In this document: one piece after another, positions 1 to 9,183 of the stretch
How the letters are laid out: each line of letters starts with the position of its first letter
How positions within the stretch are numbered: the first letter of the stretch is position 1
Source of the DNA: an uncultured delta proteobacterium
GTDB taxonomy: Bacteria; Desulfobacterota; Binatia; UBA9968
NCBI GenBank assembly: GCA_963816145.1
Contig: CAWFJP010000014.1
Location: 256,001 to 320,000, forward strand
Length of the DNA stretch: 64,000 nt
Reading direction: 5' to 3'
Program-made: the position numbers and the translations under genes
The notes under the pieces: model-generated
Database searches by the model: none
Seen by the model: only the letters and a program-made list of their open reading frames with translations
What the model was told of the DNA's origin: nothing

Positions 1-301
1 TCAGTTCTGCGATCACGCCGGACTGGACCGCTTCCGGCACGAGTTTATTCGGGTGCAGGGTATTGATGCCGACCCAGGTGCTGTCGGTTTTGATCAGCTC
101 CCAGGTGTAGAGTAGTTTGCGATTCAGGTTTTCGCTGCGCGAGATATAGACTGGGCTGCCGGGCTCTTTGCAGCCCATCATGCTGCCAGTGTTGGTGCAG
201 TGCGCCGTGACGATTTCGCCGTTTTCTAGGCGCACATCGGCGAGAAATCGCTTGTAACGTTGGATCAGGGCGCCGCGAATGAGACGGGATTTGAAGCGCA
301 T
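1..301 (-). CDS. sfsA: SfsA family DNA/RNA nuclease (5' part; runs off window)
   Basis: Manual translation MRFKSRLIRGALIQRYKRFLADVRLENGEIVTAHCTNTGSMMGC...KLLYTWELI matches the SfsA N-terminus (RYKRFLADV, AHCxNTGSM); not in ORF track. Confidence 0.9.
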   Translation of the reverse strand, partial: MRFKSRLIRGALIQRYKRFLADVRLENGEIVTAHCTNTGSMMGCKEPGSPVYISRSENLNRKLLYTWELIKTDSTWVGINTLHPNKLVPEAVQSGVIAEL

Positions 302-353
302 GGGCATGTGTATAGCTGATGGTGTGGCAGAATGATATCGGGATTCGGATTAG

Positions 354-418
354 CTCCCGCAATGACGCAAAGTTCGGAAAGTCTGTTTTTCCCTGGCGCC
401 TTGGCGACTTTGCGAGAG
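354..418. repeat. Imperfect palindromic intergenic repeat (REP-like family)
   Basis: ctcccgcaatgacgcaaag...cttggcgactttgcgagag arms with gttcgga core shared with other copies. Confidence 0.55.
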
Positions 419-511
419 GTGTCTCCGAGTCCGACTGTTTTTGACTTGTTTCTTGAACTGCCAGACGCGCTTTGTTAGGACTCGTTAATCATTTTTCGAT
501 TGGGAGTGTTC

Positions 512-2725
512 ATGGCCAAGCGCGCATTCAAGTACGTCGGGCATAGCGTCAAGCGGGTCGACGGAATCGAGAAAGTCACCGGCGCGGCAAAGTATGTCGG
601 CGATATTACGGTTCCCGGAATGCTGTACGGCAAGATCCTGCGCAGCACTTATCCGCACGCGCGGATTCGCTCGATCGACGCGTCGCAGGCCGAGGCGCTG
701 CCGGGCGTTATTGCGGTGCTGACGGCGGCCGACATCGCCGATCTCAATCCGATCTACAACGGCCGGCCGGTGATCGCCATGAACAAGGTGCGCTATGTCG
801 GTGAGCCGGTGGCGGCGGTGGCGGCGGAGGATCTGGCAACTGCCGAGGAGGCGCTGGCGTTAATTCACGTCGACTACGAAGAGCTGCCGACGGTGACGAA
901 CATCGAAGCCGCGATCAAGCCGGGCGCGCCGTTGGTTCATGAAGACAAGGGCAACAACATCGGCACCCATGAAAAGGTCAACCGCGGCAACGCCGACGAG
1001 GGCTTCGCGCAATCTGATGTCATTGCCGAAGACCATTTCACTTTTCCGATGGTCTATCACTATGCGATGGAGCCGCACTCGGCGATTGGCCATTACGACG
1101 ACAATGAAATCACTGTCTGGTCGTCGGCGCAGCATCCGTTTCAGGTACGCGGCGATATTTCCAAGGTCTTTAAAGTGCCCACCGCCAAGGTGCGCTTGAT
1201 CATCAACTATCTGGGAGGCGGCTACGGCAGCAAGTCCTACACCAAGTTCGAGCCGCTGGTCGTCGCACTGGCGCGCAAGGCGCAGCGGCCGGTGCGTATT
1301 TGTAACTCCGTCGGCGAGTCGATGGTCACGGTGCGGCGCCACGGCGCGCGAGTGCGCATCAAGACCGGCGTCAAAAACGATGGCACGATCATGGCCCGCG
1401 AGGCGGAGATTTATCTCGATACCGGCGGCTACGACGACAACGGTCCGCAGGTGACGGCGCGCTCGGCGACGCGCATCCTCGGTCCCTATTGGATCCCCAA
1501 TATCCGCACCAATGCCTATCAGGTCTACACTAACACCGGCTCGGCCGGATCCTATCGCGCCATCGGCGCGCCCCAGGTCATCTTTGCCGGTGAGTCGCAG
1601 ATCGAAATACTCGCCGCCAAACTGGGCATGGACCCGGCCGAGTTGCGGGCGAAGAACTTGCTCAAGAAAGGCCAAGAGCTGCGCCCTGGATTAAAAGGCA
1701 TCGACGCCAACTTGGCAGCGAATTTGAAAACTTTGGTGCGCGCCAGTCATTGGAAACAAGCGCGGAAAACTAAGCATGCCGCGGTCGGCATGGGCTGCGC
1801 GATCACCAACGCCGGCGCGACGCCGGTGTCGGTGGCGATGATTCGCATGCAGTCCGACGGCGTCGCCAATATCGCGGCCGGCAGCACCGAGATGGGGCAG
1901 GGCGTGCGCACCACGTTGACGCAGATCGCCGCCGAAGAGTTAACCCTGCCGATGGAGCAATTCCGCATGCTCGGTGCCGATACCAAGGTGACGCCTTTTG
2001 ATAGCTCGACGGGATCGAGCCGTTCGACGACGTTGATGGGCACGGCGGTGCAAAAGGCGGCGCGCGACCTGCGGCAGCAATTCATCAAGATCGGCGCACA
2101 GACGATGGGCGTGAAGTCGAATCAGATCCACGTTGTCGACGGCGCGCTGGTGTGCGGCGAGTCGCGGCTGTCGTTCAAAGAAGCGTTTGAAAAGCGCTTC
2201 GGCAAAGGCTCGGGCGGCGAAATGATCGGCCGTGGTGAAGCCGGCCCGGAGATCACCGACAACAAACTGCCGGTATTCTGGGAGGTCGGCATGGGCAGCG
2301 CCGAAGTCGACATCGACCGCGAGACTGGCGAAGTTAAGTTGAAAAAATTTATTTCCGTCGCCGATGTCGGCAAAGCGATTCATCCCGAGCATTGCGTCGC
2401 CCAGGAAGAAGGCGCGGCGATGCAGGGCATCGGTCACACCTTTTTCGAGCAGTTGATCTACGACAACGGCCAGCTGCTCAATCCGAATCTGGTCGACTAT
2501 CGTATCCCATCTTTTTCCGAAGTGCCGGAAGAGTTTCATACCGAGCTGGTGGAAAACGGCGATGGCCCCGGACCGTTCGGCGTGCGCGGCATGGCCGAAG
2601 GCGGGATTCTCTCCGTCGCCCCGTCGGTGTGCAACGCCATCGACCGGGCGACGGGAGTGCGCATTCGCGACCTACCGTTGACCCCGGAGCGGGTCTGGCG
2701 CGCGCTGAAGGAAGCCGGCAAATAA
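512..2725 (+). CDS. Xanthine dehydrogenase/CoxL family molybdopterin-binding large subunit
   Basis: KVTGAAKY, GGGYGSK, SYRAIGAPQ, GSTEMGQG and GPFGVRGMAEGG motifs; GGGAG RBS before ATG 512. Confidence 0.92.
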   Translation: MAKRAFKYVGHSVKRVDGIEKVTGAAKYVGDITVPGMLYGKILRSTYPHARIRSIDASQAEALPGVIAVLTAADIADLNPIYNGRPVIAMNKVRYVGEPVAAVAAEDLATAEEALALIHVDYEELPTVTNIEAAIKPGAPLVHEDKGNNIGTHEKVNRGNADEGFAQSDVIAEDHFTFPMVYHYAMEPHSAIGHYDDNEITVWSSAQHPFQVRGDISKVFKVPTAKVRLIINYLGGGYGSKSYTKFEPLVVALARKAQRPVRICNSVGESMVTVRRHGARVRIKTGVKNDGTIMAREAEIYLDTGGYDDNGPQVTARSATRILGPYWIPNIRTNAYQVYTNTGSAGSYRAIGAPQVIFAGESQIEILAAKLGMDPAELRAKNLLKKGQELRPGLKGIDANLAANLKTLVRASHWKQARKTKHAAVGMGCAITNAGATPVSVAMIRMQSDGVANIAAGSTEMGQGVRTTLTQIAAEELTLPMEQFRMLGADTKVTPFDSSTGSSRSTTLMGTAVQKAARDLRQQFIKIGAQTMGVKSNQIHVVDGALVCGESRLSFKEAFEKRFGKGSGGEMIGRGEAGPEITDNKLPVFWEVGMGSAEVDIDRETGEVKLKKFISVADVGKAIHPEHCVAQEEGAAMQGIGHTFFEQLIYDNGQLLNPNLVDYRIPSFSEVPEEFHTELVENGDGPGPFGVRGMAEGGILSVAPSVCNAIDRATGVRIRDLPLTPERVWRALKEAGK

Positions 2726-2738
2726 GCAAGACAATAAT

Positions 2739-2816
2739 CACCACGAAGACACGAAGGACACGAAAGTTTCGGATACCTTAGTTTCCGAACTTCGTGCTCT
2801 TCGTGTCTTCGTGGTG
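2739..2816. repeat. Palindromic repeat with ~9-bp periodic arms
   Basis: caccacgaagacacgaaggacacgaaag-ttcgga...tccgaa-cttcgtgctcttcgtgtcttcgtggtg. Confidence 0.85.
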
Positions 2817-2845
2817 GAAAGAACATTTAGCTTTAAGGAACAGTT

Positions 2846-3346
2846 ATGACTACGACGACTGGCATAGCGGATTTCACCATCAAGCCGGCCACCAAGAAGG
2901 ATGTGCCGGTGATTCTCGCTTTCATTCGAAAGCTTGCCGATTATGAGCGACTCTCGCATCAAGTGGTCGCCACCGAAGAATTGTTGCAGCGGACGATTTT
3001 CGGCCAGCGCCGCACCGCGGAAGTCGCGATCGGCTATTTCAGAAATGAGCCGGTTGGATTTGTTTTGTTCTTTCACAATTTCTCGACCTTTCTCGGTCGG
3101 CCGGGGATTTACATCGAGGATTTGTTTGTCGACGAATCGTTCCGTCGGCGCGGTTTTGGCGGCGCTTTGTTGGCCCACATCGCCAAGCTGGCAGCGGTGC
3201 GTGATTGTGGCCGGCTCGAATGGTCGGTGTTGGACTGGAACGAGCCGGCGATCAATTTTTACCAAAAACTTGGCGCTGTGCCGATGAAAGAGTGGACGGT
3301 GTTTCGCGTCACCGGAGACAACTTGCATCGGCTTGCCGGGCGTTAG
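2846..3346 (+). CDS. GNAT N-acetyltransferase (polyamine acetyltransferase-like)
   Basis: FSTFLGRPGIYIEDLFV, RRRGFG, EWSVLDWNEPAINFY motifs. Confidence 0.9.
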   Translation: MTTTTGIADFTIKPATKKDVPVILAFIRKLADYERLSHQVVATEELLQRTIFGQRRTAEVAIGYFRNEPVGFVLFFHNFSTFLGRPGIYIEDLFVDESFRRRGFGGALLAHIAKLAAVRDCGRLEWSVLDWNEPAINFYQKLGAVPMKEWTVFRVTGDNLHRLAGR

Positions 3347-3556
3347 GATTGCGCGCTTCAACGTGAATATCTCTTTCGCGGGTGGTGGAAGTCTTTCCCG
3401 TTCGACGGTGCTGAGAGCACGCTTTCGGCACTTTGCAGACTCACAGTTCGATTCTAATCAAAAATACCGGATTCCAGCCGGCCCTGTGATCTTGGCAGCA
3501 CGGGTCGACCGTAAGCCGACGAGCTCACAGCCTCTGGGCTTGAAACCGACGGTTGT

Positions 3557-4228
3557 TCAGTTGACCTTATTGCGGGGAAACGGAATCTGGATCTCTATGC
3601 GGGTTCCTTTGCCGGGGGCGGTTTCGATGTCGAGAGTCCCACCGAGTTTTTGCACCCGTTCTTTCATGCCTTTGAGTCCGTAGTGGCTGCTGCCTTCGGT
3701 GGCGGCGACGATGAAGCCGACGCCGTTGTCGTTCAGCTTGGCTTGGAAGCCGGACTGGTTGCGGGCCAGCGATAATCGGATCTCCGAGGCACGAGCGTGG
3801 CGCACCGCATTGAGCACCCCCTCGCGCAGGGTGAAGTAGAGTTCCTTTTCGATGTCGATCGGCAGGTCATGGGCGTCGATGGCGCATTGGAGATCGATCT
3901 GAAAACCGCTGCGCGCGCTGAAAATGCTTAACTCTTCTTTGAGCCGGCGCTCCAAGGAACCGGCTTGCATTTGCTCCTCGATTTGATTTTCGGCGAGCAG
4001 ATTACGGATTTCGGTGATCGCGTGATCGAGGTTGTCTTCGATGGTTAGAACTTCTTTTTCCAGCGCCGCTGGATCGCTGTTCAAGTAATGGAGGCAGTTA
4101 TCCAGGCGCATTCGAGCGCTGGTGAGCAGCTGTAAGGCGCGGTCGTGGAGCTCTCGCGACAGCCGGCGACGCTCTTCGACGCGGGCCGCGGCGATGGGGT
4201 CCTTCTTGTGCGCGTCTCTAGGCTTCAT
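3557..4228 (-). CDS. HisKA_3/HATPase sensor histidine kinase lacking an input domain
   Basis: EERRRLSRELHD H-box, NAVRHA N-box, DNGVGF, GLKGMKER, GKGT. Confidence 0.88.
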   Translation of the reverse strand: MKPRDAHKKDPIAAARVEERRRLSRELHDRALQLLTSARMRLDNCLHYLNSDPAALEKEVLTIEDNLDHAITEIRNLLAENQIEEQMQAGSLERRLKEELSIFSARSGFQIDLQCAIDAHDLPIDIEKELYFTLREGVLNAVRHARASEIRLSLARNQSGFQAKLNDNGVGFIVAATEGSSHYGLKGMKERVQKLGGTLDIETAPGKGTRIEIQIPFPRNKVN

Positions 4229-4292
4229 GGTGGATTCTGCTTAGCGCTGCAGCTCGGCGGCCCTCCGTTTGGCAAACCGTTTCCGACCCTTT

Positions 4293-5006
4293 TCACACCC
4301 CGAGATGGCGGCGCAAAAAATCCACCGTGCGCGGCCAGGCTTCGGCTTCCGCGCTGGGGCGAAACGATTCTTTCGTATGGTCCATGAAGGCGTGCCCGGC
4401 GCCGGGATAACCGTAGAATTCATGGGTCTTACGATGCTTGGTCAACTCGGCGGCGAGTTTCTCCCGGTCCTCGGGCGAGGGGTTTTTGTCACCGTCACCA
4501 AAGTGTCCTTGGATCGGGCAATGGATCTCCGCGGTGCGTTCGAAGGGTGATGGAATATCGCGACCCCAAGCACGGCCGGTGTTGCCCGGATAAAAGGTTA
4601 CTGCCGCTTTGAATGCCGGGTTTGCGGCGGCCGCTAAATAGACCACCCGGCCGCCCATGCAGAAGCCGATGATGCCGATACGTTTGGCAACGACGGCGCG
4701 ATGGTTTTGCAGAAACTTTACCGTCGCTTCGATGTCGTTGGTCACGCGCCGGTCGCTCAGGCGCTGGCTGCGGGTGCGCGGATCGTCTTGGCAGTCCGGA
4801 CCGTCGCGGTGGTAGAGATCGGGCACAGCGGCGACGTAGCCGGCGCCGGCGAGTCTTTGCGCCATTCCCTGTATGAATTCATCGACGCCGGTCTGATGGT
4901 GGATGACGACCAGTGCCGGAAACGGCCCGGTGCCGTCGGGCACGCTCACATAAAGCGGCATGGGGTTATTGTCGGATTCGGTTTGCTGCCAAGTGGATGC
5001 TGCCAT
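4293..5006 (-). CDS. Dienelactone hydrolase family protein
   Basis: GFCMGG nucleophile elbow, PDLYHR, AGHAF. Confidence 0.9.
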   Translation of the reverse strand: MAASTWQQTESDNNPMPLYVSVPDGTGPFPALVVIHHQTGVDEFIQGMAQRLAGAGYVAAVPDLYHRDGPDCQDDPRTRSQRLSDRRVTNDIEATVKFLQNHRAVVAKRIGIIGFCMGGRVVYLAAAANPAFKAAVTFYPGNTGRAWGRDIPSPFERTAEIHCPIQGHFGDGDKNPSPEDREKLAAELTKHRKTHEFYGYPGAGHAFMDHTKESFRPSAEAEAWPRTVDFLRRHLGV

Positions 5007-5083
5007 GATTCGGTTCCTCAAAGCTAGCTGCCGTGTAACTTAGCGAGCGCATGGAGTCAAGTTAGCATCGGGCGGCGTTGTTG

Positions 5084-5806
5084 TTAATCAAGATGGTCGA
5101 GAATTTGCCGCAGGCTGCTGAGGCGATCCTGCGGCGCGGCGTCGGCGGCGAGATCGCGGTCGATCAAGAGAGCGCGCACGCCGGCGTTATTCGCGCCTTG
5201 CAGATCGTTGGTCTCGCTGTCGCCGATATGGAGCGCTTGCGCCGAGGTGAGGCCAAAGCGTGTGAGGGCGAGATTGAAAATTTGCGGTTGCGGCTTAGCG
5301 TAGCCGACCGCGCTCGAGACAAAGACCTGCGAGAAGTTGGCGCCGACGTTGAGCCCATTGAGTATCCGCACCAGTCGCGAATCGAAGTTGGAAATCACCG
5401 CGAGGAGCAGGCCGCGTTGTTTAAGTGCCACAAGGGTTTCGACCGCTTCCGGATAGAGCTGCCAGGCGTCGGGTTGGGCGAAATAAGCGAACAGTTCGTC
5501 GAAATAATCGTCGAAGCGCGTAAACTCGCCCCAGGGTTCGAAGATTTGCGCGACTAGCCGCTTCCACCATTGGCGCTCGAGGGGTTCGATCTGCGCCGGC
5601 GCGGCGCCGGGGAACGCGAGTGGCGGCGCGCCGTCGAAGCAAATGCGAAAGCGCTCGAACAGGTCCGCGGGCGTTACCGACTTGCCATAATTGGCCGCGA
5701 TCGTGGCATAGCTTTCGCCAACGCGGTGCGCCGGCTTGATCAAGGTGCCTGCGGCGTCGAAGAAAACCGCTTTGGTTCTGCTGTCGGGGGATTTTTCTAG
5801 AGACAT
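5084..5806 (-). CDS. HAD-IA family hydrolase
   Basis: FFDAAGTL, SNFD, KPQPQIF, HIGDS..ND. Confidence 0.88.
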   Translation of the reverse strand: MSLEKSPDSRTKAVFFDAAGTLIKPAHRVGESYATIAANYGKSVTPADLFERFRICFDGAPPLAFPGAAPAQIEPLERQWWKRLVAQIFEPWGEFTRFDDYFDELFAYFAQPDAWQLYPEAVETLVALKQRGLLLAVISNFDSRLVRILNGLNVGANFSQVFVSSAVGYAKPQPQIFNLALTRFGLTSAQALHIGDSETNDLQGANNAGVRALLIDRDLAADAAPQDRLSSLRQILDHLD

Positions 5807-5899
5807 GAAGTTTTTCTATTAAATACGCTAAGAGTCTGCGCCGCCGTGCGACCATGCTTGTGTTGGTTTGGACCGTAACATCCTTTATAATCAAAATCG

Positions 5900-6490
5900 A
5901 TGGAGAAGAAGGCTGCGCTAGTGGTTATCGACGTGCAAAACGATTTTTGCCCTGGCGGTGCGTTGGCAGTCACCGAGGGCGATCGAGTGGTGGCGCCGCT
6001 CAATCGTTACGTCGGGAGGTTTGCCGAGGCCGGTTTGCCGATCTTTGCGACCCGAGACTGGCATCCTGAGAAGACTATCCACTTCAAGGCGTACGGTGGG
6101 CTTTGGCCGCCTCACTGCATTCAGGGCTCCAAGGGTGCAGAGTTTCGCGCTGATCTGGCCTTGCCGGAGGACGCTGTGATCGTGTCGGCCGGCATGGCTC
6201 CCGATGAGGAAGGTTATTCGGGCTTTGACGGCGTCGATGCTTCCGGCGTTGGTTTGGTGGAATTGCTCCGCCGGATTAACGTAACACATATCTACGTTGG
6301 CGGACTAGCTACCGATTATTGCGTCAAACAAACTGTGTTGGACGGAGTGAAGCGCGGCTTCGCTGTGACTTTGCTAGAAGACGCGGTTCGTGGAGTCGAA
6401 CTGGCCCCCGGAGACTCCCAGCGCGCGATTCAGGAGATGCTTCAAGCCGGCGCCGACGCAATTCATGACATTGCTGATCTTGTCCTGTGA
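5900..6490 (+). CDS. pncA: Nicotinamidase/pyrazinamidase
   Basis: IDVQNDFCPGGAL, DWHP, WPPHC, GLATDYCV. Confidence 0.92.
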   Translation: MEKKAALVVIDVQNDFCPGGALAVTEGDRVVAPLNRYVGRFAEAGLPIFATRDWHPEKTIHFKAYGGLWPPHCIQGSKGAEFRADLALPEDAVIVSAGMAPDEEGYSGFDGVDASGVGLVELLRRINVTHIYVGGLATDYCVKQTVLDGVKRGFAVTLLEDAVRGVELAPGDSQRAIQEMLQAGADAIHDIADLVL

Positions 6491-6578
6491 TAGCCGATCC
6501 TTCGGCCCACTCGGTTAGTTGCCGCCATCCAAGTTGTAGTGTTTAATTACCTCGTTTGCATTCGCCGAAAGGATAACT

Positions 6579-7382
6579 GTGACGATTAATTTTCAGTTCA
6601 ACCAAGAGCTTGGCGCCGCCGAGCAGGCGGCGCGGGATGCCGGCGCCGCGATCATGGAGCTGTTTCGCGGCAAGTACGATATCCAAGAAAAAAGCAAAAA
6701 TAATCCGGTAACGACGGCGGATCTCGAAGCCAACCGCATCATCCGCGAGCGCATCGCCAGTACCTTTCCCGATGACGGCTGGCTGTCTGAGGAAGATGCC
6801 GATAGCGAGCGCCGTTTGGCGCTATCGCGGGTCTGGGTCGTCGATCCCATCGACGGCACCAAGGAGTTTATCGAAGGGGTGCCGCAGTTCGCGGTTTCCA
6901 TCGGCTTTGTCGTCGACGGCGTGGCGCAGGCGGCGGTGGTGTACAATCCGGCGCAAAAGGAGTTCTTCAAAGCGGCGGCCGGTCATGGCGCTTACTTAAA
7001 CGATAATGCCATCCGGGTCACGGCTCACGAACACATCGACGGCGCGCGGCTATTGGTCAGCCGCTCCGAGCCGGCGAAAAAGTTTCAAGTGTTCGTCGAT
7101 CGCTGCGCCATCGAGCCGGTGGGCAGCATCGCTTACCGGCTCGCGAAAGTGGCCGGCGGCGACGGCGACGGCACGCTGACCTTCCGCTCTATTTACGAAT
7201 GGGACATCTGCGCCGGAGTGTTGATGGTCGAAGAGGCGGGGGGCAAGGCGGTCGACGGCGATGGTCATGCGTTGAGATTCAATCGCCAGCCGGCCAGACA
7301 TCGCGGCGTGGTCGCCGCCAATGCGGCGCTCACGCCTAGCTTGCAAGGCCTGTGGGCGGCGGCGATGACCGATAAGAAATAG
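6579..7382 (+). CDS. Inositol monophosphatase family / CysQ-like 3',5'-bisphosphate nucleotidase
   Basis: LSEE, VDPIDGTKEF, EWDICAG. Confidence 0.85.
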   Translation: MTINFQFNQELGAAEQAARDAGAAIMELFRGKYDIQEKSKNNPVTTADLEANRIIRERIASTFPDDGWLSEEDADSERRLALSRVWVVDPIDGTKEFIEGVPQFAVSIGFVVDGVAQAAVVYNPAQKEFFKAAAGHGAYLNDNAIRVTAHEHIDGARLLVSRSEPAKKFQVFVDRCAIEPVGSIAYRLAKVAGGDGDGTLTFRSIYEWDICAGVLMVEEAGGKAVDGDGHALRFNRQPARHRGVVAANAALTPSLQGLWAAAMTDKK

Positions 7383-7412
7383 CTCTGTCGGTTCATAAGA
7401 AAATTCACTGTC

Positions 7413-7736
7413 ATGCGTCAATGTGTTTATTGCGGCGCTCGCGCCGGGCTGTTCGGGAAAATCTGTGGCGATTGTAAGAGACTCGCGGCGCGGGTCGATG
7501 AGCTGCGCGGCAAAGTGGGCTTCGGCCAGTTTCTCGATGGCCTGGCTGAAACCGGCATTGCCAAGGAAAAAATTCTAAAATTTCTCGACGCCGATCCCGA
7601 TGGCAAGGGCAGTGTGCGTGACCAGGTGACCGCCGAGATGACCAGTGAGCTGATGAAGGTGATGGGTATCGCCGGGCGCCAGACCGCCCCCGAGGTCAAG
7701 CGGATTCGCAACAGCGTCAACAAAGGGTCCGACTAG
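7413..7736 (+). CDS. Hypothetical protein with N-terminal CxxC-CxxC zinc ribbon
   Basis: CVYC...CGDC; collinear with neighbours. Confidence 0.7.
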   Translation: MRQCVYCGARAGLFGKICGDCKRLAARVDELRGKVGFGQFLDGLAETGIAKEKILKFLDADPDGKGSVRDQVTAEMTSELMKVMGIAGRQTAPEVKRIRNSVNKGSD

Positions 7737-7756
7737 TCTTAGCCGCGATCTGGTTC

Positions 7757-8236
7757 ATGGCTCTCACCATTTATCTATCGCTGGTTTTTCTCGTTGTCTA
7801 TTTGATCGGCTTGGCGATCCGTCACTGGATATTCGTGCGCGATCGCAATCGCATGGCGGCTGAAAGCCGCAATGGTGGCCGGGTGGTTGCGCGCGTCGAG
7901 GAGGTCCGGCCGGGCGCGGTCAAGAAATTCTGGCTGATCTGCCAGAAGTACCGGCTCGACGCGATTCTCATCAACGATCAGGGCAACTACTACGCCTATG
8001 TCAATCGCTGCCGCCATATGCCGACGCCGTTGGATTTCGTCCGCGATGAGTTTTACAGCGACGACCGCCGTTACTTGCAATGTTATACTCATGGCGCCCT
8101 CTATGAGTTTGCCAGCGGTTTATGTGTCTCGGGGCCATGCAAAGGCGAGTCGCTCTATCGCTTGCCGGTGCACGTCGATGGCGGCGAGGTGTTGGTGGGC
8201 TGTCCGCAGGGCGATTTGAGGCCGATGGGAGAATAG
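7757..8236 (+). CDS. Rieske [2Fe-2S] protein (possible N-terminal TM; start uncertain)
   Basis: CRH...CYTHGALY Rieske ligands. Confidence 0.85.
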   Translation: MALTIYLSLVFLVVYLIGLAIRHWIFVRDRNRMAAESRNGGRVVARVEEVRPGAVKKFWLICQKYRLDAILINDQGNYYAYVNRCRHMPTPLDFVRDEFYSDDRRYLQCYTHGALYEFASGLCVSGPCKGESLYRLPVHVDGGEVLVGCPQGDLRPMGE

Positions 8237-8250
8237 GATAGAAGATTCCT

Positions 8251-8619
8251 ATGGATGCACCGAAGAAACCGTCAGGGAAATTGGTCGGGTCGGTCGGCGA
8301 ACTGGAGCATGGCAAGAGCAAGAAGTTCATCATGAAGCGCGCCGGGCGAGAGTTCGAAGCGCTGCTGGTCAACTTCGACGGCACTCACTTCGCTTATGTT
8401 AATCGTTGCCCCCATACCGGCATCACCCTCGATTTTGTCAACAATCAGTTCTTCAGCTCCGACAACCGTTATCTCATGTGCGCCACTCATGGCGCGGTTT
8501 TCGAGCCGCCCACCGGCGAATGCATCTGGGGCCCCTGCGTCGGGTTGTCGCTGCAAAGCCTGCCGATCGAGATTACCGACGGGCAGATCTATGCCAAGTT
8601 GCCCGGCGCCGACGATTGA
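8251..8619 (+). CDS. Rieske [2Fe-2S] ferredoxin
   Basis: CPH...CATHGAVF. Confidence 0.9.
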   Translation: MDAPKKPSGKLVGSVGELEHGKSKKFIMKRAGREFEALLVNFDGTHFAYVNRCPHTGITLDFVNNQFFSSDNRYLMCATHGAVFEPPTGECIWGPCVGLSLQSLPIEITDGQIYAKLPGADD

Positions 8620-8653
8620 TCAGGGGCCTTCACGATGAGTGAATGGGGGAGTT

Positions 8654-8740
8654 CGCCGCAGAGGCACGGAGTCCGCAGAGTTCGCAATGTATCTTAATCG
8701 AAACGAGTCGTTACTCCGTGTCCTCTGCGTCTCTGCGGCG
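8654..8740. repeat. Palindromic repeat (cgcagag-type arms)
   Basis: cgccgcagaggcacggagtccgcagag...ctccgtgtcctctgcgtctctgcggcg; similar, including loop, to 35112-35198. Confidence 0.8.
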
Positions 8741-8797
8741 CGACCTCCGACTATTCGCGCATACCGCGTCGACTGAAATCGGTGCAAGGAGTTCCCG

Positions 8798-9142
8798 ATG
8801 AGCGATTGCCTTTTCTGCGGCATTGCCGACGGTAAGATCAAAGCTAATTTTGTCTATCAGGACGAAGCCGTGCTGGCGTTCAAGGATATCGCACCCAAGG
8901 CACCGGTGCATATTCTCATCATCCCGCGCAAGCATGTTGTCAGCGTGCTCGACATCGAAGCGAACGACAGCGGTGTAATCGGCCGGATCTTTCAGGTCGC
9001 CGGCCAATTGGCGCGCGAGCAGGGCATCGCCGACAGCGGCTTTCGCGTGGTGGTCAATTCCGGCGCTGATGCCGGCCAGAGCGTGTCTCATCTTCATTAC
9101 CATCTACTCGGCGGGCGGCGGATGACGTGGCCGCCCGGCTAG
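8798..9142 (+). CDS. Histidine triad (HIT) nucleotide-binding protein
   Basis: DCLFC, GQSVSHLHYHLLGGR. Confidence 0.93.
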   Translation: MSDCLFCGIADGKIKANFVYQDEAVLAFKDIAPKAPVHILIIPRKHVVSVLDIEANDSGVIGRIFQVAGQLAREQGIADSGFRVVVNSGADAGQSVSHLHYHLLGGRRMTWPPG

Positions 9143-9183
9143 CACCGGCGTTTTCCCTTTACAACATAACCAGCGGGAGAATT

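Noticed and set aside
512-2725. Aerobic CO dehydrogenase CoxL
   Set aside because: Lacks the AYxCSFR motif and there are no coxM/coxS or accessory genes nearby.
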